Shown piece after piece: positions 14,243 to 25,152 of a DNA stretch of 64,000 bases. Each line of letters opens with the position of its first letter. Within the stretch, counting starts at the first letter, position 1. The notes below the pieces were generated by a model. That model did not search any database. It was given only the letters and a program-made list of their open reading frames with translations, and was not told the DNA's origin. Position numbers and translations under genes: made by a program. Source of the DNA: Amoebidium appalachense (taxonomy: Eukaryota > Protista > Ichthyosporea); assembly GCA_963693365.1 (NCBI GenBank), contig CAVNZM010000007.1, positions 186,001 through 250,000 of the forward strand, written 5' to 3'.

Positions 14243-15151
14243 ATGAGCTTCGCGCGCTACAACAGCAGGCCCGAGGCCTCCCCACCGCGACCTTCTGTCC
14301 CCCGCCGTGCGTCCATGGGCAGTATGGAACTGAGCGACAGTCTGACCAACCTCGCCTGGCTCTCCGCCCTCGGCTCAAACACAAACACAAACACGGCTCC
14401 AACGCGCTCACCTGGCGAGTACAAGGGCTCAGATGCACGCCCTCCCTTCAGCTACGCGTCTCTCATCACCAAGGCGCTCCTCTCTTCAAACAATGGCACG
14501 CTCACCTTTAACGACCTGTGCGAGTGGATAGCAACACACTTCCCCTTCTACCGTATGGCAGACCCGTCATGGCAAACGGCGGTTCGACACGCGCTTTCTT
14601 TAAACAAATGCTTCCGCCGGGTATCCACACCCCACGCCAAGCCACTACTCGACGATCGTTCGAGCCTTTGGGCGTTAACGGAAGAAGCACGGGAGGCAGT
14701 CTCCTGCGAACCCGGCCCGGCCCGTGGGCGCAACTTGAAAAAGGCTCTGCGGAGGGCCTCCTACACGTCCTCCTCCACACCCATTTTGCCAACAAATCCC
14801 ATGTTTTCATGGCACAACTCCATGCATAGCCCACAACAGCACAGCGCACTGCCCAGCCCCCTCCTTGCCAACACCCCACGATCTCTCAGTGTGGCTTCTG
14901 TGTCGACGGCCGGGAGCAACCTCTCTCCCTCCCTCGAGCTTAGTTTTGGTGGGCAGGACATGGACGGGTGCCTGTCTGACCCCCTCATATACTCTCTCTT
15001 GCATTCTATCAGTGCAGATGCAATGCCTGTGTTTAGGTCATACTCGTACACGCCACACTCGCCCCTAGACACGCTCCTGGACGGCCAGGTTGACCTGGAC
15101 TCGCTTCTTGCCGATGCATATTTGGCCACGCCCGATGACTGGGCTGTTTAA
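14243..15151 (+). CDS. Forkhead-box transcription factor, FoxJ1-like (FoxJ/N clade), single exon, 302 aa
   Basis: Forkhead domain RPPFSYASLITKAL...WIATHFPFYRMADPSWQTAVRHALSLNKCFRRV. N-terminal LSDSLTNLAWL resembles FoxJ1 LDDSLTSLQWL, ADPSWQ resembles FoxJ1 ADPTWQ, and there is an acidic C-terminal DW motif. Confidence 0.93.
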   Translation: MSFARYNSRPEASPPRPSVPRRASMGSMELSDSLTNLAWLSALGSNTNTNTAPTRSPGEYKGSDARPPFSYASLITKALLSSNNGTLTFNDLCEWIATHFPFYRMADPSWQTAVRHALSLNKCFRRVSTPHAKPLLDDRSSLWALTEEAREAVSCEPGPARGRNLKKALRRASYTSSSTPILPTNPMFSWHNSMHSPQQHSALPSPLLANTPRSLSVASVSTAGSNLSPSLELSFGGQDMDGCLSDPLIYSLLHSISADAMPVFRSYSYTPHSPLDTLLDGQVDLDSLLADAYLATPDDWAV

Positions 15152-15348
15152 CATTTTGCGAATGACTTCTGAATGCTATGGCCCCGTGCCCTTTCTAAAT
15201 CATGATCCTAGTAACATGTACTTTCTTCTGTTTGCACATAGTGGCTGGTACTGTGCGCCTGCCTTGGGACCCCAGCAGTGCTGGCCCAAGGCGTCGGCTG
15301 CCTCCAAATACAATTCTGTTGCCCCCACACTCTATCTGCCGTGCCCCC

Positions 15349-15940
15349 GAGGATGGGCTCTGCTTATGACGCATACTGTGCGCATGGCTGATGCTGCATA
15401 CTTGAATGTTTGCCTTTGCATGTGTCCTGCATCATGCTTCTCATCGTCTATGCGTACTTCGTACTGTGTTCCGCATTCAAACCCCCCCTGTCTTCTTTCA
15501 GAGGTGTCCTTTCAGGACAGACCACTGTGTGGAGACATCTTTACTTCCATGCAACCGGGCATGGTTGCTCTGTGTCGTGCATCTGTAAGCACATACGCGT
15601 TTGTCGCTGCACTGCATTAGTTTGCACACACATCTTCACCGTTTTGCTCACCTTGCTTGCATAAGCAACCCTGCTCGTCTTTGATCAAGACGGGTTGACC
15701 CACCCAAGTTCAGTTGATGCTGCTGTCTGAGTTGGAGCGTCGTATATACGCGGGCTAAGGGGTCGAAACTCAGACGCAATTGATGACTTGGGCCCTCCCT
15801 GAGGATGGGCTCTGCTTATGACGCATACTGTGCGCATGGCTGATGCTGCATACTTGAATGTTTGCCTTTGCATGTGTCCTGCATCATGCTTCTCATCGTC
15901 TATGCGTACTTCGTACTGTGTTCCGCATTCAAACCCCCCC
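15349..15940 (+). mobile_element. Tandem structured repeat (452-bp period), retrozyme-like family, locus 1
   Basis: 15349-15481 is identical to 15801-15933. The sequence between them has several hairpins and the hammerhead-like motif. Homologous copies occur at 20135-20226 (-), 30074-31262 and 32546-32661. Confidence 0.7.
15703..15813 (+). ncRNA. Candidate hammerhead ribozyme, non-circularly permuted strand order
   Basis: Stem III GTCTGAGT 15725-32 pairs with ACTCAGAC 15768-75; GUU triplet 15731-33; stem I GGAG 15734-37 / CTCC 15795-98; CTGAGGA 15799-805; stem II GGGGTC 15759-64 / GGCTCT 15808-13; GAAA 15765-68. Pairings covary with the copy at 30843-30928. Confidence 0.6.
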
Positions 15941-16563
15941 CCCCCCCCCCCCCCCCCCCCAGCCCGCCCCCCACCCCATGGCCAACTTCTACTCCGCCTC
16001 GCTCCCCCCCATCCTGTTCTCCCCTTCCCCCCTGCCCCCTCCCGGCTTCTCCTCCAGACACCCCCTTCCCCCTTCCCCTCCCCTCTTCATGTTCAAGCTG
16101 CAGACATATTGTCCGGGAGAGTGTAGCCCTGGTTTGAACAACACAGGGTCCCTCGTGATGTCTCAGTTCGATGGCCTATGTCTCTATAGGGTTGCTACGC
16201 CTCAGAAGGTTCTTTTTGTAGTAAACAATGCAGCATTATCTACGTGTCAGTCACATGTTGCCCTGCCCAATATAGCACTAGGCCAGGCACAATCGTTATA
16301 TTGATGACCCAAAAGATGAACACGAACTTCCATGTAGGAGCCAACATATGCACAGAGGACCTCTATATATATATAGATATTGTGGGGGGAAGTTGGGGGA
16401 GGGGGGAGGGGGGAGGGGAGGGGGGGTGAAAACAGCAAATCCTCTTTAAGTGTGTGTGTATGTTTGGGGGGGGGGGGGGGGGGGGGGGGGGGGAGTGGGG
16501 GGGGAGGAGGGGGATAACAGCATGCTCTTTTTCAAATTTTTGTGTGTGTGTATGTGTGTTGGT

Positions 16564-16601
<38 letters not shown>

Positions 16602-16695
16602 GGGGGTGATAACAGCAAACCCTTAACACGTGTGTGTGTCATGTGTGTATGGTGGTGGTAGTGGTGGGGGGGGGGGGGGGGGGGGGGCCGAGAAA

Positions 16696-16726
<31 letters not shown>

Positions 16727-17041
16727 ACGGGGGGGAGAGCTCGAGAGGCCGGAGGGGGGGCCCGGGGGAAGGGGGGGGGTGGGGGGAGGAGAGGGTGGGA
16801 ACAGCAGGCCCCTTTCATTTGTTGCTGCAAGATTTTTTACGTCTGGTATTTTTTTTTTTCTTTTTTTTTGGGGGGGGGGGGGGGGGGGAGGGGGTGGAAG
16901 CCTTGAGGGGGAGGGGGGATGGGGAGGGAGGGGGAGGGGGGGATGGGGAGGGAGGGGGAGGGGGGGGGAAGGATGCATATATGGGGGCCCCTTTCATTTG
17001 TTGCTGCAAGATTTTTTACGTCTGGTATTTTTTTTTTTCTT

Positions 17042-17072
<31 letters not shown>

Positions 17073-17249
17073 AAGCCTTGAGGGGGAGGGGGGATGGGGA
17101 GGGGAGGGGGGGGGGGGGGGGGGGGGGAAGCCTCGAGAAAAGGAGGATGAGGGAACGTTTACGTAAGATGAAAGAAGGAATGGAGAAAGATTGAATGCAT
17201 GTAGTCGTCTATGTGCGCCGGTTTGGTGGTGGTGTTTCTTTTTTTTTTT

Positions 17250-17280
<31 letters not shown>

Positions 17281-17396
17281 GGGGGGTTTCCACTATTTGC
17301 ATGCCGGGACGACCCACTCCATTCGATGTATGGCAGGTTTTAGTGATTCAAAATTGACCACGAAAGGTGAATGGTGTTTGGGGGAGGAGGGGGGCG

Positions 17397-17428
<32 letters not shown>

Positions 17429-17687
17429 GAGGGGGGGGGGGGGGGGGGGGGGGCTGGGCATGGGCATGGTAAGGTTGTGCATGTGTTTGAAATTACAATA
17501 TGAATGAGCTGGCGTGTGTGGTTACTACAAGAGCTAATCACACTGATCGAATGGTTCCCAAATCTTCTGTTTTATGTCAACCCGAGGCCATCTCCACTCA
17601 CACCCACACGAGGACAGCCCAAATTGTGGCAAAATGATCCCCCGTCCGATCACAACCACCACTCACCCCACCACCACCACCATTCCG

Positions 17688-17729
<42 letters not shown>

Positions 17730-18204
17730 CTCCTTCTCCCTCCCTCCCTCCAGTGGCATTTAGGTCATACACTCTCCGGCGCAGGCCCGTTCACTGCAGA
17801 ATACAAACAGTTTCAACACGTCACAGCTATTGCATAATCAATCTCTCAAGTGCCTTTGCCCGACATATGAGACCAACCGTGAGCGGGAAGAAGTTTTGGG
17901 ATAGCCCCTGAGGTTTATTTACAGGTTGCACACGTATCGGACATTCACGCATATATTGATAAAAAGTGACAGTCATCAAAAAACTAAAACTTGAGTGTTG
18001 CATTTCTTTGGCGCCTTCGCAATTCGAACGTAAGTGCGTCTATGTACAAGTATGAGCATATCCACAACCGGTTATATCTCTCGGATGAAATGGTATTAGA
18101 AAAGGATATACGAAATGGAGATTTTCACTTACAAGAGTCACATAGCATACCTGATAATATATCCAAAACTCCAGGGCAAGAAATTCGGGGTGATATAAGA
18201 AATT

Positions 18205-18455
18205 TCAAGCCCCCGAATGGTCCCGGGCAGATGGCAAATCCTCATCCCACGCAAAGAAATCGCACGCCTTGGAGTTGCACTGCCAAAAATAGCGCCCGTG
18301 ATTCTTGCCCAATCGGAACACGGGTTTGAGAATGCATCCGTCACCGCACCTGCACTTGGGTTGCCCTTTTTGGTATTCGGGTCGGATTCGACGGAAAGTC
18401 AGGTTGACCCGAACCGACCCACTAAGGGGGTGCACCGGAAATGACTTCTCGGGAG

Positions 18456-18501
<46 letters not shown>

Positions 18502-18621
18502 AGTGTGTGTGTGTGTGAGTGTGCACATGTGTATGTGTACAGTGCGTGTGTGTGTGTGTGCACATGTGTGTGCACATGTGTGTGTGTGTGCACATGTGTG
18601 TGCACATGTGTGTGTGTGTGC

Positions 18622-18663
<42 letters not shown>

Positions 18664-19314
18664 ACATGTGTGTGTGTGTGTGTGTGTGTGTGTCTGTGAC
18701 GTGTGCGTGTGTGTGTGTGTGTGTGGGGGGGGAGGGGGGGGGGGGGGGGGGGGGGGATAGGCTGGTATTCAGACATGCGAAATTGTTTCCACAGAGACAG
18801 GGTGTGAACCTCTTGTGTTGGGGGCTAAACAAAAAACTGAAGTAAATTTAGTCACACAAAGCAAAAAGATAATCAGATGGATATAATTAAATGAACACCC
18901 ATTAAGGTTAGGTTAGGGAATTTTGCATGAGAGGGAAAAAGGAGAAACGGAAGCAACCTTGTGTGTGTGCACACGTGGATGTGCCGATGTGTGTGCAAGT
19001 GTGTGCGCGTGTGCGTGTGTGTGTGAATTTTTTCCGGGGGGGGGGGGGGGGGGGGGGGGGGATTCACACATCATGCTTCCATTTTTCCTGGCAGGGGGGC
19101 CACATGACAAGAAGCGTATTGTGGGGCAGCTGCACCCCATAGGTCTGGATCCGTGACTTCTGATTGGTTGAGGAGGCATCCAATCGTGGTTTCTTATTGG
19201 GCGATGGGGTGAGATCACTTTCCATGACCTCTTCTGATTGGTCCGTGGCTGCTCGTAGGCGGAAGGTACGGCATGCACCCAGCGAGAGAGAGGCTATGGT
19301 TGGCAGTGGCCCTA

Positions 19315-19380
<66 letters not shown>

Positions 19381-20693
19381 CGCAAGTTTACGTATGCTAG
19401 GGGTGGGATGGGGTTGGGGGCTGAGGGGAAGGGGGGAGGGGGGGGGGGGGGGGGGTGGCCATGTAGGTTTGGGTGAAAGGAAACAGACGGGGAACAGAAG
19501 TGCAGCGTTGCAATTGGCATTTACAGTGGACACAAGACACACGGCATGTTTGATCTGAAGGTGTATCAAGAAGCGAGCGAGGGTTCAAAATAGACTACGT
19601 ACCCCGTTAGACTACTGTATTTAGCTGACTGCGGGTTGGCTTTCAATCTGAAATGACGTCACAGTTTTTATTACCCGTTATGGTAGTAAAAGTGTGACGT
19701 CATTTCAGATTGAAAGCCGGCCAGCAGTCAGGCTAATCTCAGTAGTCTGCCGGGGTACGTTGTCTGTTTGAACCCTTAGTCGATTACGTCCACTCCACCC
19801 AATTTCAGCAGTGGGTTTTGGGTGACTCGGCATATGAGGGATGTGTGGCGGGTGACCCGATAGATGAAAACGTAACTGCAACAGTGGCACTAGTCCTAAT
19901 GTGTGTTATTCGATTCTTAGAGAAATGAGTATCATGCGGATGTTGTTGGTTATGGGTTGGTGTATTGCTGGGTGAAAGGGTTGGTGGTGGTGGCGGTGGT
20001 GGTGGTGGTTTTGTTGTTGTTGGGGGGAAGGGGGGGGGGGGGAGGGGGGCACAAGAGCAATGCAAGCGGCATCGCGGAATGCTGTAGGCTTTTTTTGGCC
20101 CTTCCTTTCCTGGGTTGGGATGAGGGGGGGGGGATTACATAGTGCGAAGTACACATGCATGACGGACAGCACAATGCAGATTGCAGACCACACATAGAGC
20201 TTTCTGCAGCATAAACAGAGCCCATCGTGGTGTTTGTGTGTGTGTTGGGGGGGGGGGGGGGGGGGGGGGGGGGAGGGGGTTCTTACTATCTAGTCTGTCC
20301 GAATGCCACCCCGATGCATCCGAGCCTGACCGGTAGACATTCACCACAACGTAATTTGCATCCCACCCGCTATGGTGCCCCCCCTCACCACCGGCCACAC
20401 TTGCATACGACCCCCACATGTCCTCAACTTTCCGTGTCACGATATCGCGTGCACGTGCAATAAGCTCTATAAGTGGGGCATATGTCTGATCATCGGCCGG
20501 GCTAGTATCCCCCTCCATATCCATGTATGGTTCGTCGTGGCTATTTTCTATTGGTGAATCTGGGTGGGTGGCTGCTGATTGGCTCGGCAGATGGAAGCAG
20601 TGGGTGAGGCGGGGGGACACAATCTGTCGGTGCCACACAACCCTCTCGCTCCGCTGTGGCCCATCACCCCCAGTCAACAATCATCCCCATCCC

Positions 20694-20727
<34 letters not shown>

Positions 20728-20962
20728 ACAAAAAAAAACCCTCCTCTCTCTCTTTTTCTATTTACACACAACACACGCCATAGCGCATCCCCTCCGATGC
20801 TTTCATAAACATGGTTTTCTCCCAACCCACCCAATCCGGCAAGCAGATACATCAAGAAAGCACATGTTCCTACATGCACACTAGAACCAACGCCTTTGCA
20901 CCCGAGCAGCCACCAAACGGTCCTTTGCCAACATTTCTTGGCGCTGACCTCCCCTTCTCCCC

Positions 20963-20993
<31 letters not shown>

Positions 20994-21334
20994 ATACACA
21001 CCCCTCGCCCTCGCCCTCCCCCCCCCCCCTCCCCCCCCCCCCCCCCGGCCCCCCCCCTTCTCCCCCCCCCCCTCCCCCTCTCCGAGCTCCCTTCTCCCCC
21101 CTCCCCCCCACCCACCCACCCACCCACCCACCCACACACATACAAAAAAAAAAAAAAAAGAAAGAAAAAAAAAAGAAAAATAAAGAAAAGCCACCCATTA
21201 AAAAACCACCCAACTCTTCCTTGTTGTTGCAACTCGTGCAAATAATAATAAGAATTCTCTATCCTCCCCCTAGCCACGCCATCTTCCCAGACGACCACCA
21301 ACTGAAATCCCCATCCCCCCCCCTCCCCCCCCCC

Positions 21335-21365
<31 letters not shown>

Positions 21366-22092
21366 ACCTGCCAGCCCTTTGCAGCATCCAGCAGAGCAGC
21401 CAATAGCTGGTCGGCAAAGTCACGTGGCAGTGTGTCCGTTGCCATGCTGCAGGGCACATGATTGGCCAATTCACTGGGAGGAATGTTGTGCCGCTGACCC
21501 GTGGGGGTGATGTGGTAGACGGTGGGTCGGGGGGTGGGGAAGGGGGGTCTGGGTGTGTGTCTGCAAGGGGGATGGGGGGGGGGAGGGGGGGGGGGGGAGG
21601 AGGGGTGTGTATTAGTGTGAGAGTGGGGAAAAGAGTGGAAAAGACGGAAGGGTTGCATGCGCATAGTGGGGTCGACAAGCAAGAGGAGAAAAAGTGGCTT
21701 TTTCCTTTTTTCCTTTTCTTCTTTTTTTGGTGTGTGTGAACGTGCCGGTATGTATTGCATGAGTGTGTGCCTGCGTGTTGGTGTCCGTGTTTGTATGTTG
21801 CCAGAATGAGCAGATGGATTCCGTGAGAACGGCATAGATGATTCTAAACACGTGCACATTCACAACAGAAATAGAACATCTTGCTTTGGGCACATGCCCC
21901 CTTGTCCCCCCCCCCCCCCCCCCCCCCCCTCCCCCCTTCCCCCCCCTTGTCATGCACACACCCAACCATGGCCTAAACAACTTAATCAAGGTCAACCTTG
22001 AGAACGCACTGTCACCTTTTGCCCTTACTTGCCATGGTATACATTTTGGCTCCTACCCCCCCCCCCCCCCCCCCCCCCCCCCCTTTTTTTTT

Positions 22093-22131
<39 letters not shown>

Positions 22132-24124
22132 GCTTTGGTTATGCCACCTCTGTCCTCACTAGCTCCACTCTTCTTTCGGCATACAATAACAAGTAAACGT
22201 AAACATTCACCCCCCCCCCCTCCGCCCCACCCCTCTCCCCTTCTTCTTCCCCTACCCATTCCGCTCCCCTCCCTTTTCCCCTCCCAACCCCAACTCTCGG
22301 CCCTACCCTCATATCCTAACCCCCCTCCACCCAAACCCATTGGCCCTACCCTCATATCCTAACCCCCCTCCACCCAAACCCATTGGCCCCCCAACACCCA
22401 GCATTCCACACACACGTCTTGAACGGGAGGTACCTTCGTTTCCTGTTTTCATTTTTGGCGCCAAAAACGAAACAATTGAACTCTGTCTCCGTCCCTCCCC
22501 CTCCTTTCTGTGATCGATCGAGAAGGTTACAGAAGGATATCCCATCTAACCCCATCACACAATCAACCCCCCCCCCCCCCCCCCCTCCCCCCCCCCCCCC
22601 CCCCCCCCCACCACACACACACCCCCTCCCCCACCGCCACACACACACACACACCCACACACATGCACACATGCAAAGAAAAATAGACAGGAAACACACA
22701 CCCATGTACACAGGCACGTACACAGACTGTTTTGCTTGTGTTGTGGGCGGTAGGTATCTCTTTCCGGCCAGTGATGCAAGCACATGATGTTTAATGTATG
22801 AATGAGGCAGCTTCTAGAATCAGACCATATGTATGCGTCCTTATAAACCCTAACCTCTCAACTTATCCCCTTCCCCTACCACATCACCCCCCCCCCCCCC
22901 CCCCCCCTTCCCCTTCACCCCACCTCCCTTCTCCCTCCCCCCTCTCTTGCCCTCACCTAACCTGTCCACATCCCTGAAGAAAAAAGAGGGAAACTTAAAA
23001 ATGAGAAAGTAGTGAAAACCGCTGGGTTTGGCGTTGCGTGGTGGGTGTGCCTGTGTCTGTTTGCATATCTTCTTGACTCTGTGTGTATGTGTGCGTGCTT
23101 TAATTGTTTATCTACGGGGGGAGAAATTCGACATCAAATTTTCTGTCTGCACTTGGGTGCAACATACAGCCACCCTCTATCGGGGAAATCGTAAGACGAG
23201 GGAGAATGGGACCGGAAGGGGGGGGGGGGGGGGTAGTGCCTTACTTGTGGTTTGTGGTTGGTTTTTGGAGATGGGAATTGCATGCAGCCTCCACGTCACC
23301 CTTTGCAGCAGAAAGGAGGGTGGAGAGCTCAGTGTCTGTGGGGTCATCCCCTGAAAGGAGAACATCAGGTGAGTTGTGTGGGTGAGAAGCCGGGGGTTGC
23401 TTCAGTAATCTGATATGCGTGTAGGTGGATGAGTGGGTGGGTGGCGGTGGGCGGGGCGGGCGGAGGGGGGGGGGGGGGGGGGGGGGGGGGATAATAGGTG
23501 GCCGTGTTATTATTTGGCGAGATAATTGAGGGAGTACCCCGAGCAAGAGGGTGAGACTAAGAGCAGCGAGGATGGGGGGCGGGGGGGGGGAGGGGGGAGG
23601 GGGAGGGCGGGGGCGAAGGCTCGTGATTGGTCAGGAGTATAGGTGGTTTGTGAAAGTACAGGCCACGGCCATCTTGAAACAGTTTCAGGATGGCCGTGGT
23701 GTAGGCTGCAGTAAGCAAGTGGGCGATGTGAATGTGTGTACTTGGTGGCGTGCACATCGCTATGGGCAAGAGTGACTCGTTGTGCCTTGAATGTGTGCAG
23801 ACGGCTCTTGTACATATGAAAGAGCAGACGTGTTTTTTCGTGTTGAGCGTACGCGCGCACGTGTTGAAGGGGCACGTGTGTGGTTCTCCGCGAAACTGAA
23901 AAGCTGCACTTAAGAAGCACGTCACCTCTCAATCCACCTTCTTCTCTCACGCCTCCACTCCCCCACCAAGTATCTTTTTCTTCCCCGACCAGTATTTACG
24001 CCCCATCCCCTTCCCCGGTCTCCTTCTCACACCAGTTTGTGCAACCAAGCACACACACATCCCTACCAAGCACGTCGCGCAGGAGAGCAAGCTTCAGCGC
24101 CCATTCCTCCGACTCTGCATCCAT
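18205..24124 (-). CDS. AlkB-family (ALKBH2/3-like) 2OG-Fe(II) dioxygenase with N-terminal CUE/UBA-like region and C-terminal GRF zinc finger; multi-exon
   Basis: Exons 24124-24067 (gccaccATGG; MDAESEEWALKLALLRDVL), 23350-23245 (LLSAAKGDVEAAC), 22507-22434, ~21560-21368 (5' boundary unresolved, possibly one more exon near 22.0 kb), 20653-20287 (VVVNVYRSGSDASGWHSD), 19317-19070 (IASLSLGACRTF...LPHNTLLVMWPPCQEKWKHD) and 18459-18205 (RVNLTFR...CRCG...GRYFWQC...CDFFAW). HxD...H iron ligands and the RxNxTxR motif are intact. Confidence 0.93.
19580..19776. mobile_element. ~197-bp foldback (palindromic) element in an AlkB intron
   Basis: AGGGTTCAAA..TAGACTACGTACCCCG..AGACTACTG..GCTTTCAATCTGAAATGACGTCACA is mirrored by TGTGACGTCATTTCAGATTGAAAGC..CAGTAGTCT..CGGGGTACG..TTTGAACCCT, with a loop of only a few nt. 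No clear target-site duplication. Confidence 0.8.
20135..20226 (-). repeat. Truncated copy of the GATGGGCTCTG...GTACTTCG repeat family
   Basis: Reverse complement reads GATGGGCTCTGTTTATGCTGCA...TGTGTACTTCGCACTATGTAATCCCC, homologous to 15801-15933. It lacks the ribozyme-like 5' part. Confidence 0.7.
22299..22389. repeat. 43-bp tandem duplication in an AlkB intron
   Basis: GGCCCTACCCTCATATCCTAACCCCCCTCCACCCAAACCCATT occurs twice in tandem. Confidence 0.9.
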
Positions 24125-24240
24125 GGTGGCGCTCTGAACACACCCTTGCGACCTCGCTACATGGCTATGTTATATAAAAACTTACAAACAGAAGCATGTA
24201 TAAAGAATAACACATACTAGTAGCTCCCACACCACCCCCG

Positions 24241-24832
24241 GCCTGGGCCTCCTTCAACAGACTGAAAGACCCTTTGAATTCACCGATTTCAGATTCCTAA
24301 TTGATTTTGGCGGCTCAAAGGTGGGGCCTAGCCATTCTATGCCGGTCATAGTCAAAATCTATTATAACACGATAAAGTCTAAACTATGAATAGGAAACAG
24401 GCTTTGGCGCTTTAATTAATAGAATGGAAAAGAAACCGACACACATTGCTTACAAGCAACATAGGAGTATCCGGCGCGTTTTTTGAGGTCAAAACAGGCA
24501 AAAACACATCTTTTTTGAGATGCGATTGACTCCCGCCGCCAGTCAGTCGGCAGCTAGCCGGAGGCGGTTTTGGCTGGTTTTAGGTGATTTTGACGTTGAA
24601 GGAGGCGTCGGACACCCCAGACCGCCTATATCAACTTTGCGCGCCTTTTTATTTCCTACAACTTTATTTAGAGGGCGAAAACCTCATTTCTACACGGTGA
24701 AATCGAACATAAACTCGCTTTCAGAGGCTGTAGATTTGTATTTGGCCCCGATTTTAGGCCCCACTTTTTGCCCAATTAGACGTGAGAACGGTGAATTCAA
24801 CGAACTCGCACCAAGTTGAAGCGAGCCTTGGC
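24241..24832. mobile_element. Old, diverged inverted-repeat (MITE-like) element between the divergent AlkB and TLC genes
   Basis: Left arm CTTCAAC..TTGAATTCACCG..CTAATTG..GTGGGGCCTA..AAATCTA..TAGGAAA..GGCGC is mirrored in order by GCGCC..TTTCCTA..TAGATTT..TAGGCCCCAC..CAATTAG..CGGTGAATTCAA..GTTGAAG. Confidence 0.65.
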
Positions 24833-25152
24833 GCGGCTGAACGCTTACGTAACAGGCTGCATCGTGACCTGTAACCAATCAAACGTCTTTAGCAAGCGCA
24901 ATCTTACCATATATGGTTAATATGTCGCCATCATGCCGCATGCTGCGGTCCGGCAAAACCATTCGCTCACAGACACAGAGCACACCACCACACACCAAAA
25001 GAAAACGAGGATAATCTCGATAACTATTTAACTTAATATTAGCTACGCATGCAGAAGCAGCAACGTTAGCATAGACAGCACCTTCTATTAACTTCGGCCC
25101 ACCCCCACCCTTCCTATGCCCCCCCTACCACCCCCCTCCCCCTTAAGCCACC

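Noticed and set aside
15801-15933. Resemblance of the repeat family to the Oxford Nanopore adapter (GTACTTCGT; GGGCTCTGCTT vs GGCGTCTGCTT)
   Set aside because: Only short matches. Homology between loci extends on both sides, and the copies show compensatory base-pair changes that basecalling noise would not produce. Still worth checking with non-nanopore reads.
20881-20943. Possible extra AlkB exon (RQEMLAKDRLV...)
   Set aside because: Runs into a stop, and exon end 21368 joins 20653 directly in phase.
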